From the IMG/VR virus record IMGVR_UViG_3300049846_002026: DNA of 64,000 nt; one strand, written 5' to 3'. Position numbers and translations under genes: made by a program. Positions 29,136-38,452 of the stretch are shown piece by piece. The notes under the pieces are model-generated. The model did not search any database. It was not told the origin of the DNA and saw nothing but the letters and a program-made list of their open reading frames with translations. Source of the DNA: an uncultured virus (IMG/VR IMGVR_UViG_3300049846_002026) (Duplodnaviria; Heunggongvirae; Uroviricota; Caudoviricetes). Each line of letters begins with the position of its first letter. Positions within the stretch are counted from its first letter, which is position 1.

Positions 29136-29698
29136 GGTTCCACCTCCCGCTCGTTCCGTTCTCGGCGAATGTGCCAGGCCCAGCCTAGTGCGATGGCGTC
29201 GGCGTCATCGTCCTGACTGACTGCCTTTTTGACATCGTTAGCCTTGAACTTCAGGTTAAGCCCAAACTCCTCGTTGACCATGAGCAGCACGATTCGCTTG
29301 TTAGCGTCGTGGGTCTTCTTCTTGCCGGTCTTCGGTTTTGGGGCGTTGATGGCTTTCTTGACGGCATGGGCCACGATCGCGTTCGCTTCTGGCACCTCGG
29401 CCCCCATGTACTCGAAGTGCGCCATCTCGATAGCTGCCACGTACCGGGTTAGTACCCCGAAGGCGTAGCTGGTTCGGCCCTGAAACGGCACCTCGTACAC
29501 AATCTCGGTCGGCTCCCAGTTCTTGAACATCTCTAGTAGCCATAGGCGGAAGTTCACTAGCCGTTCAGCGTGACCTTCGCCCACCTGCTGGAAATGCCCG
29601 TAGGCTAGAAGCTTGCCGTCGTCAAAGACGGCCCATCCGCAGGCCTTCGAGCTAGAGTCTAGGGCCAATACGCGCACCCCGTTGACCGCGGCCGGCAT
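29132..29698 (-). CDS. ruvC: RuvC-like Holliday junction resolvase
   Basis: VLALDSS...GWAV, IVYE, VKKAI, DDDADAIALG; start at ATG 29698 after GGAGGAGG. Confidence 0.85.
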   Translation of the reverse strand: MPAAVNGVRVLALDSSSKACGWAVFDDGKLLAYGHFQQVGEGHAERLVNFRLWLLEMFKNWEPTEIVYEVPFQGRTSYAFGVLTRYVAAIEMAHFEYMGAEVPEANAIVAHAVKKAINAPKPKTGKKKTHDANKRIVLLMVNEEFGLNLKFKANDVKKAVSQDDDADAIALGWAWHIRRERNEREVEP

Positions 29699-29787
29699 AG
29701 CCTCCTCCGAACCGCCGTGCTTCCCATGTGGAAAACGCCGGACAGTCCGAGGTCGCTCGGTCCGCCGGCGTCCATTTTGTTTCGGGC

Positions 29788-30252
29788 CTACAGGAGAATG
29801 AGACGATCCCCCGGAAGAGCTGCCTCGGCTTGCTGGCATAGTACCTCCATGCGACGTTTCTGGGTTTCCAGCACGCTCTCAGCCTGGGTCCGATCGCCTG
29901 GAGACACTCCGCCCAGGGTCAGTTCGGCCTCCAGCTCTGTCTTGAGCGCGATGTACTCAGTCCTACGCTCCTGGATCTGGTTGAGACGCCCCCGCACTTC
30001 CTGCATACGGAATAGTCCCTCCTCCAGGTCCTTTGCGCCAGTCCGCTGGAAGAACAGGCGCTCGCATGCGTTCATGCGCCGCTTGAGATCGTCTTCCACG
30101 GTCTTCAGTTGCTGCAGCTCATCCGCCTGCGGACCATCTTCGCCGAGGCTGAGCGCCGCCTGCACCTGTGCCACCTTCCGCCGCGTCTGGTCAAACATCT
30201 CCCAAGCGGCTTCCATCTCTTGCAGCTTGAACGCTACGTGCTGATACTTCAC
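29788..30252 (-). CDS. Coiled-coil hypothetical protein
   Basis: GTG start overlapping HNH stop, AGAGGA RBS. Confidence 0.65.
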   Translation of the reverse strand: MKYQHVAFKLQEMEAAWEMFDQTRRKVAQVQAALSLGEDGPQADELQQLKTVEDDLKRRMNACERLFFQRTGAKDLEEGLFRMQEVRGRLNQIQERRTEYIALKTELEAELTLGGVSPGDRTQAESVLETQKRRMEVLCQQAEAALPGDRLILL

Positions 30253-30614
30253 CGTGAGGTCCTCTTCTTGAAGTTTGCTGGAAAGGCGGCCCAGTGCCCG
30301 GGCCAAACCTCCATCACTACCACGTCCTTCCGGCCCGCGTGTACGTCCTCGTGACATTTGAAGCACAGGGTTACAAGGTTTTCTGGGACATGCGCGCCCC
30401 CACCAGATCTAAACGACCACCAGTGATGCAGCTGTAGCCGGTTGTCTCCGCCAGTACTGCAGAGCTGACATCGGTACTCGTCTCGCTCTAGGACCTCATC
30501 CCGAACGCGATCTGGGATGTTGTGCCTCGACTCCCATTCCTGGTGGTCTTTAAGACCCGTTGTCGTGAAGGGGTCGTACCTTTGTCTTGAACTGCTTTGG
30601 GGGTGGATTGTCAT
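30249..30614 (-). CDS. HNH endonuclease (Zn-binding type); start uncertain
   Basis: VLERDEYRCQLC...LQLHH...GG....ENLVTLCFKCHEDVH. Confidence 0.9.
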   Translation of the reverse strand: MTIHPQSSSRQRYDPFTTTGLKDHQEWESRHNIPDRVRDEVLERDEYRCQLCSTGGDNRLQLHHWWSFRSGGGAHVPENLVTLCFKCHEDVHAGRKDVVVMEVWPGHWAAFPANFKKRTSR

Positions 30615-30717
30615 CCCAGTTCTCGTCCTCGACATAGGTTTGGCACCCACGACAGAAGAACAGGCCGTCCGTTCCGGCAACGGCCTTGCATTCTGCGTCG
30701 CAATACGGACAGGTCAT
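30550..30717 (-). CDS. 55-aa Zn-ribbon protein (not in ORF track)
   Basis: MTCPYCDAECKAVAGTDGLFFCRGCQTY...; ATGA overlap with upstream stop. Confidence 0.65.
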   Translation of the reverse strand: MTCPYCDAECKAVAGTDGLFFCRGCQTYVEDENWDDNPPPKQFKTKVRPLHDNGS

Positions 30718-31253
30718 GCGCGTACGGCGTAGTCGTGCTTCCGCTCGTCCTTGTAGAAGGACAGCGCAGTCTTGATGTTGTCGCTCAGCCGCTCGGCGGT
30801 CTTCAGCCAGAGGTGGCCGCGCTCAATACGGCTGTCCAACCGTACCTCGTCCTGGGCCAGCTGCGCCAGCTCAGTCAGCATCGCCAAGTACTGCGGCAGT
30901 GTGCCAGCCGCTGTAGCGCGGCGTTCAATCGCCGCGGCAACCAGCTTGGTGCTCTTGGTTTCGCCCGTAGCCGGCGGCTCCTTAACCAGGAGATCGCGCT
31001 CGAAGGCTTCGATGTCGCGCTCCAGCTGCTTGCGCCGAGTGCGCACCGTCATGAGGTCTTTCATGTCCTTGGACACGTGCGAAGTGATCTCCAAGGTCGC
31101 ATTTGCCACCTTGATCAGATCGTTGGTTGCCGACACCGGGTTCCAGTAGTCGACCGGATTCTCTTCCGGTTCGCGCGCATGGTCGTAGTGCGGGTTCGTG
31201 CGAATCCGCAGCTCGTCGGCGAAGTTACGTTCGGTAGCAGCCTTTCCGGACAC
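30714..31253 (-). CDS. Helical hypothetical protein (possibly UvsY-like recombination mediator)
   Basis: 179 aa coiled coil in the replication/recombination block; function inferred weakly. Confidence 0.5.
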   Translation of the reverse strand: MSGKAATERNFADELRIRTNPHYDHAREPEENPVDYWNPVSATNDLIKVANATLEITSHVSKDMKDLMTVRTRRKQLERDIEAFERDLLVKEPPATGETKSTKLVAAAIERRATAAGTLPQYLAMLTELAQLAQDEVRLDSRIERGHLWLKTAERLSDNIKTALSFYKDERKHDYAVRA

Positions 31254-31275
31254 TTTGACTCCTAGCTAAGTGCTT

Positions 31276-31554
31276 TTAATCTAACACCTTGTACGTGATT
31301 CCGCAAGCCTGACAAGTCAGTTCTGGGCGGATTTTGGAAACACTGTCGACTGGGGGCACAACGTAGGTCACATCGTGACTGAGGCAGTGCAAGCAGACAC
31401 TGGCATTCGCGTAAACCCGGATCAACTGGTCCACGCTGACGCTCTTGTCGCTCCACCAGCGAACGAGGAACTGTTGCCAGCCCCCGTCTACTCGTTGCCA
31501 CGCGTATGCCGTTTTGACAACTACGCAGCTCTTTTTGCGCTTGTGTGTCTTCAT
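31276..31554 (-). CDS. Zn-ribbon protein
   Basis: CLHC...CQAC; ATGA overlap with polymerase stop. Confidence 0.65.
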   Translation of the reverse strand: MKTHKRKKSCVVVKTAYAWQRVDGGWQQFLVRWWSDKSVSVDQLIRVYANASVCLHCLSHDVTYVVPPVDSVSKIRPELTCQACGITYKVLD

Positions 31555-33833
31555 TTCAGGGCCTTGGTCCAATATGGGACAACTCCTGTCGAACTTTCCG
31601 GGAACTCCGCGACCACTGGGACGTCTGGGCAGTACGCCCGACCCGCCCGCTCCATGCACTCTTTCAGCAGATCCGCCACGTCCTGGGCGATGTCGTTGCG
31701 TGCCTCACACAGGATTTCGTCGTGGATGATGTTCCCAATCCACGTCAGATCCTGCCAGCCACGCGCATCGACCTCACGCTGCCACAGGCATGCGGCTGCC
31801 TTGATCATGGAAGCCGAACCGCCCTGAATGGGCGCATTGGCCGCTTCGGTGTAGGTGTTGTTCGCGTCCGGCCGGAAGGTGCGAATGCGGCCGCAAGGGG
31901 CCCGCACGAATGTCACATGGTCCTGCAGGTAGTCGTCCCAAAACCGGAAGGCTTCCTTGTTCTCTGGGTCTGCCCCGTTAGAGCAGCGGTCCTGGAACGC
32001 CTTCACCTTCTCGTGGACCTCGAAAAAGCGACGATGCATCTCAGCCGCGTAGTCCATCGTCGGCGGTACCGCCTCACCCTTGAAGATGGCGTCCGCCAGG
32101 CCCAGGGTCAGCTGGTCCCGGAGCTTCGGGATGCCAGACCGATAGGCCATGGCCAGCACGATCGCCTTGAACACCTGTCGCTCCAGGTTGCCCTCCGGCG
32201 TCTTCTTATCCGGCCGGTGGCCCACCATGGCCTCGGCCACGGCCACGTACAGATCGTCCTTGTTCCGGTAGGTGCTCAGATAAGTCGGATCCTGGGACAC
32301 CTGTGCAAGCAACCGCGGCTCCTGCTGAGAGTAGTCCGCAATCACGAAGCTGTAGCCGGGGCCCGGCACAAAGCACTTACGGTACCGCGGGTCCGAAGGA
32401 ATGTTCTGGAGGTTCGGCTGAGTCGACGTACGACCGGTCGTGGTGATCGCCTGATGCACACTAGTGTGAATCCGCTTGGTCTCCCGACGGACGTTCTTGT
32501 TCAGCCATTCGATCCCGAACGCCGTCACCTGCTGATCGTACTTCGAGTAATCCATCAGCAGGGTAACCAGGTTCCGCGGTAGTTGGCCACGGGCGGACCG
32601 GATCGTCAGCGCCTTCTTGTCCGCCTCGACAAGCAAGCAGTAGCGATCCTCGGGCAGCACAGAGTCCGGGGCGTCTTCCGCCTCGACCTCAATCCCCTTG
32701 GACTTCTTGTAGCCGGCCCACTCCTTGCCCCAGGCCTTCTTCGCCTTTTTGACCGCAGGCCAGGTCAGGAGCAACTCATACGGCCACTTGATGCTCTTGC
32801 AGTACGCATTGATGGCCCATTTGACCTGCACTGAGCTGGAGTAGTTGAGCGGCTTGTTCTTGACCGGGTAGATCGGACGCGCCTTGCTGCGATCGGTGTC
32901 GAACAGATCGTGCTGATACGTCAGATCCCGCAACAGATCGTCCAGTGCCCGTTCGGTCTCTGCCCGCTTCTGCACGGCTTCCTGCCAGAGCGCCCTCCAA
33001 GCCCCCGCATCCAGCCGAATGCCCTTGTGCTCCATCTCATGGATGATGGGCAGCGTTTCCATCTCCAGCTTGATGATCTCCCGCAGGCCGCGCTCGGCAA
33101 TGATCGGCTTTTGGGCAGCCGCGATCAGAAAGGGGTACACCACATCCAGCGAGGCGTATGCCAGCTGGACCGGCGTGTGCTTGCCCGCGGGGGTGCTGTA
33201 GAACGAGGTCCGAACATCGGTCTCCTTCTTGATCACCACCTGGTAGTACCGCAGCATGAGGGCCTTCATGGACGTCAGCCGGTAGGCCGCACGACTGGCG
33301 CCGTCATCCGCCTCGTTCTTCTTGCCGTCGTCCAACACACCCGCCCGAAGCACGAGCTCGGCAAGCTGGCAGTCTGCCACCCCACGAAGCCGCACGTTGA
33401 GCATGCGCAGGAACCGGTACTCGAATCCGAGGTTCTGACCCAGCTTGACGACCTTCTTGTTCTCGCAGAGGTCCCAGAGCCACTTCAGTTCCTGAAACGT
33501 GAAACAGCGAATGTCGAGCACCCACACATCCACACCAGAGGGATGGTCCAACACACCCAGCTGCACCGTGGCGATCTTGTCAAGCCACGGGCTAAGGCCG
33601 GAAGTTTCAAGGTCGAGCGCAACCACCTTAGCGGTCTTCAGCCATTCCTGAATCTCCCAGAGCCCGGCCTTGGTCGTGCAGTAGCCGATGGTCACATGCC
33701 GAATCACTCCCTTCGCCACCTCTACTGGCGTACGGTAGAGCGGCGACAGTGTATCCGTCTTTTCGCGAACTGTTTCGAAACTGAGCGTATCAGTTTCTGG
33801 CAGTTCAAGCGTCAGCACATTCTTAGAAGCCAC
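31551..33833 (-). CDS. polA: Family A DNA polymerase with 3'-5' exonuclease
   Basis: DLETS, GQNLGFE, YASLD exo motifs; TTGRTS..PNLQNIP, DYSQQEPR, RQVFKAIVLAMAY, NAPIQG, IHDE. Confidence 0.95.
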   Translation of the reverse strand: MASKNVLTLELPETDTLSFETVREKTDTLSPLYRTPVEVAKGVIRHVTIGYCTTKAGLWEIQEWLKTAKVVALDLETSGLSPWLDKIATVQLGVLDHPSGVDVWVLDIRCFTFQELKWLWDLCENKKVVKLGQNLGFEYRFLRMLNVRLRGVADCQLAELVLRAGVLDDGKKNEADDGASRAAYRLTSMKALMLRYYQVVIKKETDVRTSFYSTPAGKHTPVQLAYASLDVVYPFLIAAAQKPIIAERGLREIIKLEMETLPIIHEMEHKGIRLDAGAWRALWQEAVQKRAETERALDDLLRDLTYQHDLFDTDRSKARPIYPVKNKPLNYSSSVQVKWAINAYCKSIKWPYELLLTWPAVKKAKKAWGKEWAGYKKSKGIEVEAEDAPDSVLPEDRYCLLVEADKKALTIRSARGQLPRNLVTLLMDYSKYDQQVTAFGIEWLNKNVRRETKRIHTSVHQAITTTGRTSTQPNLQNIPSDPRYRKCFVPGPGYSFVIADYSQQEPRLLAQVSQDPTYLSTYRNKDDLYVAVAEAMVGHRPDKKTPEGNLERQVFKAIVLAMAYRSGIPKLRDQLTLGLADAIFKGEAVPPTMDYAAEMHRRFFEVHEKVKAFQDRCSNGADPENKEAFRFWDDYLQDHVTFVRAPCGRIRTFRPDANNTYTEAANAPIQGGSASMIKAAACLWQREVDARGWQDLTWIGNIIHDEILCEARNDIAQDVADLLKECMERAGRAYCPDVPVVAEFPESSTGVVPYWTKALK

Positions 33834-35844
33834 TTTCTACGTCCTCAAACAAACCGGTTTCTTGCGGCGCTTCCGTTCCAATGGACGGCAGCCCCTCGAA
33901 CAAGCAGATGTCTTGTTGCATCAGCAGGTCTACGTTGAATCCCACTTCGCCTTCGCGCTGCTTCACGCCTGTCAGCTTGCGCTTTGCGATCCGTCCAGGC
34001 ACACGCTCTCCGGTCAGAATAAGCGCCGTGTCTGCGTCGATTTCCACGCGACCGCTGTTCTTGAACCAGCTGATCTTGGGACTATCGTCGCCTTCTGCGT
34101 CACGCTTGACCTGGCTGAGAGCCATCACCGCATGATTCAATACCTTGTTCAGCTGCTTGAACCGGATCGACGCAAGGCTCACCTGCAAGTACTCACTCAG
34201 GCCCTTCTCGATCGCCTGCAGACTGCCGTACTGCAGGTAGTCGTAGATGATGAGCATGGGCTTGCCGTAGTGAATCCCTTCAGTGAGCACAACCTGCTCG
34301 ATCAGGGCCAGCATCTGGTCCTGGTCGCTCACGGTGTAGTTCATGTAGATCGGCAGCTTCTTCAGCTCGTCTGCCGCCGCCTTCAGGGCCGCATGTTCCT
34401 TCTTGCTGAGCGGTACGACCTTCTTGTTCAGCACACGTTCTCCGCGAATCGCCCGTGAGTCAATACGACTCATGCGCGCCAGAAAGCGCGTTTCCAGTGC
34501 CATCTGCCCGGTTTCCGCACTGAAGAACATGACGGGTACCCCCTGCTCCGCGACCCGCACCGCAATGTCGATCGCAAACGCCGTCTTGCCGATACTCGGC
34601 ATGGCGCCAATCACGATGAAGTCGCCCGCCCGGATGCGGGTAAACTGATCAAGCTCTTCGATGCCGTACGGGACTCCCGGCTCTTCTTCACCGCGCATAC
34701 GCCGCTCGGCCTGATCAACGCTCGTGCTGTAGTCTGAGCGCTCCAGGACTTCTTCCGAGTCACCGACCAGGTCGGCCAAGCTGAGCTGGGACTTGTGGTA
34801 TGGTGCCTTCATCGGGCAGCCATCACACGCGAACTCCGTGAAGTGCTCGTGGATGTACGCACAGCCCACTGGCGGATGCCGCAGGGCCTGGTCGTACTTT
34901 GCATCCGTCTCCTCTGGCGAGTAGCCAGGGTAGTCACGACTCAGCATGTGCGCGGCTTCCCGCCCCTGCTCGAAACAGGTCAACTGTTGCAGTGCCGCGT
35001 ACCACTGTGGCTCGGGCAAGGTACGCCGATTCTTGAACGCGTGGTGCATGAACCGACAACCGTACGGTGAGATGAGCTTCAACACACCACGCAACGGCTG
35101 ATCGGGCCGTCCAGCGGTGTTCGTTTCACCTTCAGCCACGGCTTCCCACATAGGCAACGCCCGTGACGACTTAGGCCGCTCCGCAGGGGCGCGTTCCGCC
35201 AGTTCCTCGATGACCTCTGCACTGTTGTAGCGCAGATTCGCCATGAACGAGTCCAGGGGAATGGACTCGCCGCTCTCCGGGTCGACAAACACCCCACAGT
35301 CGCCGCCCACGCCCTCGCCCAGGTCGAATGGGCCGCGTCCGAGCATGCCGTAGTAGGGCAGCGCCAGCAGATTGCCGTGCGGCTTGGTAGGCGTGACCGC
35401 CACCTGCACCGGATAGAGCCGATCAAGGCTTTCCACCTTCGGCACCAGCGGCTTCAGGGCCTTGCGCACGATCTCGGCCGACATGGGCCGGTCCAGGAAC
35501 CCCCAGACATGGTAGCCCCCGCCAGACCGCGAGCGTTCGAGGTACACCTGAAGGCCGGCCTTCTCGAAGATCTCCAGCTGTGTGACCGCTTCAGCCAGCA
35601 CCGCTTCTGGGGAATCCCCTTCATCGAAATCAAGACTGAACCAGTTAACCGTCGATTCCTCTGAGAGCTGGTACTGCCCAACCAACATCCGGCCTGCGAA
35701 GTGAGCCGCTACCACCTCAGCGGTAAGCGGCTCCTTGACCAGAAAGTACCGAACCTTGCCTGATGCAAGGTCCCGGTACCCCTTCGCGTAGACGTCAGTG
35801 CGACCTGCAAACACTTCCAAGAACTGCTGTTCCTGCACTGCCAT
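33823..35844 (-). CDS. AEP primase - PriL-like Cys domain - DnaB-type helicase fusion
   Basis: FAGRTDVY, LDFD, ERSRSGGGYHVW; C..M.H...QWY...PVGC...CDGCP; GAMPSIGKT, FFSAET, IYDYLQ, LSQVKR, SGRVEIDAD, KQREG. Confidence 0.9.
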   Translation of the reverse strand: MAVQEQQFLEVFAGRTDVYAKGYRDLASGKVRYFLVKEPLTAEVVAAHFAGRMLVGQYQLSEESTVNWFSLDFDEGDSPEAVLAEAVTQLEIFEKAGLQVYLERSRSGGGYHVWGFLDRPMSAEIVRKALKPLVPKVESLDRLYPVQVAVTPTKPHGNLLALPYYGMLGRGPFDLGEGVGGDCGVFVDPESGESIPLDSFMANLRYNSAEVIEELAERAPAERPKSSRALPMWEAVAEGETNTAGRPDQPLRGVLKLISPYGCRFMHHAFKNRRTLPEPQWYAALQQLTCFEQGREAAHMLSRDYPGYSPEETDAKYDQALRHPPVGCAYIHEHFTEFACDGCPMKAPYHKSQLSLADLVGDSEEVLERSDYSTSVDQAERRMRGEEEPGVPYGIEELDQFTRIRAGDFIVIGAMPSIGKTAFAIDIAVRVAEQGVPVMFFSAETGQMALETRFLARMSRIDSRAIRGERVLNKKVVPLSKKEHAALKAAADELKKLPIYMNYTVSDQDQMLALIEQVVLTEGIHYGKPMLIIYDYLQYGSLQAIEKGLSEYLQVSLASIRFKQLNKVLNHAVMALSQVKRDAEGDDSPKISWFKNSGRVEIDADTALILTGERVPGRIAKRKLTGVKQREGEVGFNVDLLMQQDICLFEGLPSIGTEAPQETGLFEDVESGF

Positions 35845-35870
35845 TCCGTGCCCCGGAGGGTGATTGGTGG

Positions 35871-36278
35871 TTACTTGGACTTGCCGATGTAGAACAGTGG
35901 CTCCAGCAGCCCCATGACCTCTGGAGTCAACTCCAGACTGTCGGGGAAATCAGAGAGCTTCAGCTCGACATTCTCGACGTCGAACGTCTCAGCGAGCAGG
36001 GATTCGAGGTCCTTGTTGGCCTCGGCCACTGACTCTTCAGGAATGGTATACGATTCCTGCCCGTTGTCAAGAGCCGTGACGATCGGATTGCCCTCTTCGT
36101 CCTTCTGCGCCCAGCGCTTGCGCAGCTCTTCGACCTGGCTGTCCAAGGCCTTGCTGAACGGCTCCAGCGTCGTGCGCACGACCACCATCTTCCATGCCAG
36201 CTTGGTAGGCATCTTCTGCGTCCGGAGTGCTCCCAGCGCTGCCGATACCCCGAGTAGATCCTTGTTGCTCATCTTCAT
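35871..36278 (-). CDS. Conserved phage protein (DUF1617-like)
   Basis: KMPTKLAWK...ELRKRWAQKDEEGNP pattern; strong RBS. Confidence 0.55.
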   Translation of the reverse strand: MKMSNKDLLGVSAALGALRTQKMPTKLAWKMVVVRTTLEPFSKALDSQVEELRKRWAQKDEEGNPIVTALDNGQESYTIPEESVAEANKDLESLLAETFDVENVELKLSDFPDSLELTPEVMGLLEPLFYIGKSK

Positions 36279-36323
36279 CCGGTGTGTCCTCCCTTTAGGT
36301 TCCCGCGCGGCCCATCCGCGCTA

Positions 36324-36352
36324 AATATAGCCTGCTCCTGCCTTTCCCGCAA
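36324..36352 (-). promoter_or_regulatory. Host sigma70-type promoter for the primase/polymerase operon
   Basis: TTGCGG-N17-TATATT in the intergenic gap. Confidence 0.65.
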
Positions 36353-36358
36353 CCCGGC

Positions 36359-38449
36359 CTAGAAGAACAAGAAGAAGGCCTCAGGTGGCGAGTTGAACAC
36401 CAGGACCGGTCCGACATAGGCGTCCTGGCCGGTCAGTTCAACCGTTCCGCTTTCGCCCGCGAGCTCCCGTCCATATAGAGTAGCCGCCGACTGCCCAGTC
36501 AGCGCTACGGCGCCGCTGTCGCCTACTACGCGTCGACCGGCCAGGAGCCCCACGTCCTGCGGAACCAGCGCAAACGGGCCTGGATCGGCCCCTACCCGGG
36601 CTCCACGCAAGGTTTGTGCCGCGGTGCCTGTAACAACCGTGCTGCCGGGGTCGGCTGCCACCCGTGCGGTGCGGCGCAGCCCGCTGTCCAGGCCGGTCAG
36701 AACCAGAATGGCCGCGTCAGCCTGTACCTTACGTCCATGCAGCGTTTCCGCCTGGATGCCCGTCAGGGCAAAGAGCGTGCTGTCAGCAGCCACACGTCGA
36801 CCGTAGCGCGTGCCCGCTGCTGTACCCGTGACTGCGGTGGTGCCGGTCTCGGCTACAAGCCGGTGGGTCTTACGAAGCGCCGCCTGCTGACCGGTCAGTG
36901 CAATCGTGCCAGACTCGGCGTTGACCGACGGGTCAGAGCTAAGCGTGGCATCCTGACCGGTGATGATGATCGAACCGGCTTCCGCCGTGACCCGATACGT
37001 CCGTGGGGTAGAAACATCCTGACCGGTCAGTACAACCGTACCGGCTTCCGCCGTTACCCGACGCGTAGCCCGAACCGTAGCGTCCTGGCCAGTGAGCAGG
37101 ACCGCACCCGCGTCTGCCGCAACTTCTGCGCCCTTTTCGAGGTTGGCCTGCTGCCCCGACAGCGCCATTGCCACACCATCGGCCGCCATGATGCGGTTGA
37201 ACTCCAGGCCGGCCTGTTGTCCGCTAAGCACAACCGCTCCGCCTTCCGCGTTAAGCGTCGCCTCGGTGCTGAGGATCGCTTCACTGCCTGTGATGACCAC
37301 AGCGCCAGCGTCGGCGCCCATGATCCGGTTGAACTCCAGGTTGGCCTGCTGCCCGGTCAATGCAACCGCACCAGCATCTGCTGCTACCTCAAAGCCCTTC
37401 TCCAGCGAAGCATCCGTACCTGTAGCAGCCAGCACGCCAGACTCCGCCACCATGCGCCGATCGTAGGCCGTGTTGGCCGCTGCCCCGGTAAGAGCAACCG
37501 TACCGGTCTCCGCCGTTACCGTGTAGCCGTAGGCCAAGTTGGCGTCGGTGCCGGTAAGCGCAACGGTGCCGGTCTCCGCGACGATCTTGCGGTTGCGCTC
37601 AAGTGCAGCATCCTGCCCAGTCAACACGATGGTTGCTGGGTCAGCGGCTACCTCAAAGCCCTTTTCTAGGCCAGCATCCTGGCCGGTCAGAGTGATGGCT
37701 GCGGCTTCAGCTGCTACTTCACGGCCGGCCTCTAGCGAAGCGTCGGTACCGGTAATAGCTACGCTGCCGGCTTCCGCGGTAATCGTGAACGCGCCAGTCG
37801 CGGTACTCTTGACCGCTGCCGCGATGATCTGCCACGGCGAAGCTGTGCTAAGCGTCGGGTTGAAGCTTACCGAGGACGCCGATCCGTTCTTTTCAATGAT
37901 CGCAATGTGATGATTTCCCGACGACGTGTGCAACACCAGCGTCTCACCACCGACTGTATCGACAGTGATGTCCGCTGTGCCGTACCAAGACACGAAAGCG
38001 ACCAGTTGGTCCAGGGTGGCAATGTCTGTGATCGTAGCACCGGGCGTCGTGCTAGTGCCCGTTGCATCGACCGTTGAACGGATCGGAGCCGTGCCAGGAA
38101 CGGCGTCGTAGCTTACAGCCGCAATCGCCTTGATCAGGCCTTGTGTGGTGGTAGCCTCCAGCACCTGCTCCGCAGCACTCGGACTGGACCGATGCAGCAA
38201 AGCAAGGTGGTAGTCGTTACCGCTGTCGATGATCGTCTCATCACTGCTCATGGCGTTAACGCCAAGCGTTGCCGTTACCGTCGGCGCGATATCAGTGCCC
38301 GTGACAAAAACCGCGGCCAGGGTAATGTCCGCGGTTGCTCCAGGTGTGTGATTGATCGACTGCGTATCCCCAGCCGCCGCACCGGCTCCTGGCGCGCTGC
38401 GACTACTGTACTTCGGCTGAGCAGGATAGCCGCGGCCTAGACGTGCCAT
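36359..38449 (-). CDS. Fibre-like virion protein with 22-aa tandem repeats
   Basis: N-terminal beta domain then about 20 copies of xA(D/E)xGxxxLTGxxAxL. Confidence 0.7.
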   Translation of the reverse strand: MARLGRGYPAQPKYSSRSAPGAGAAAGDTQSINHTPGATADITLAAVFVTGTDIAPTVTATLGVNAMSSDETIIDSGNDYHLALLHRSSPSAAEQVLEATTTQGLIKAIAAVSYDAVPGTAPIRSTVDATGTSTTPGATITDIATLDQLVAFVSWYGTADITVDTVGGETLVLHTSSGNHHIAIIEKNGSASSVSFNPTLSTASPWQIIAAAVKSTATGAFTITAEAGSVAITGTDASLEAGREVAAEAAAITLTGQDAGLEKGFEVAADPATIVLTGQDAALERNRKIVAETGTVALTGTDANLAYGYTVTAETGTVALTGAAANTAYDRRMVAESGVLAATGTDASLEKGFEVAADAGAVALTGQQANLEFNRIMGADAGAVVITGSEAILSTEATLNAEGGAVVLSGQQAGLEFNRIMAADGVAMALSGQQANLEKGAEVAADAGAVLLTGQDATVRATRRVTAEAGTVVLTGQDVSTPRTYRVTAEAGSIIITGQDATLSSDPSVNAESGTIALTGQQAALRKTHRLVAETGTTAVTGTAAGTRYGRRVAADSTLFALTGIQAETLHGRKVQADAAILVLTGLDSGLRRTARVAADPGSTVVTGTAAQTLRGARVGADPGPFALVPQDVGLLAGRRVVGDSGAVALTGQSAATLYGRELAGESGTVELTGQDAYVGPVLVFNSPPEAFFLFF

Positions 38450-38452
38450 GTG

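Noticed and set aside
25213..33833. Inteins or introns in terminase and polymerase
   Set aside because: Insertions are short and lack C/S...HN-C/S/T splice motifs or LAGLIDADG; frames are uninterrupted.
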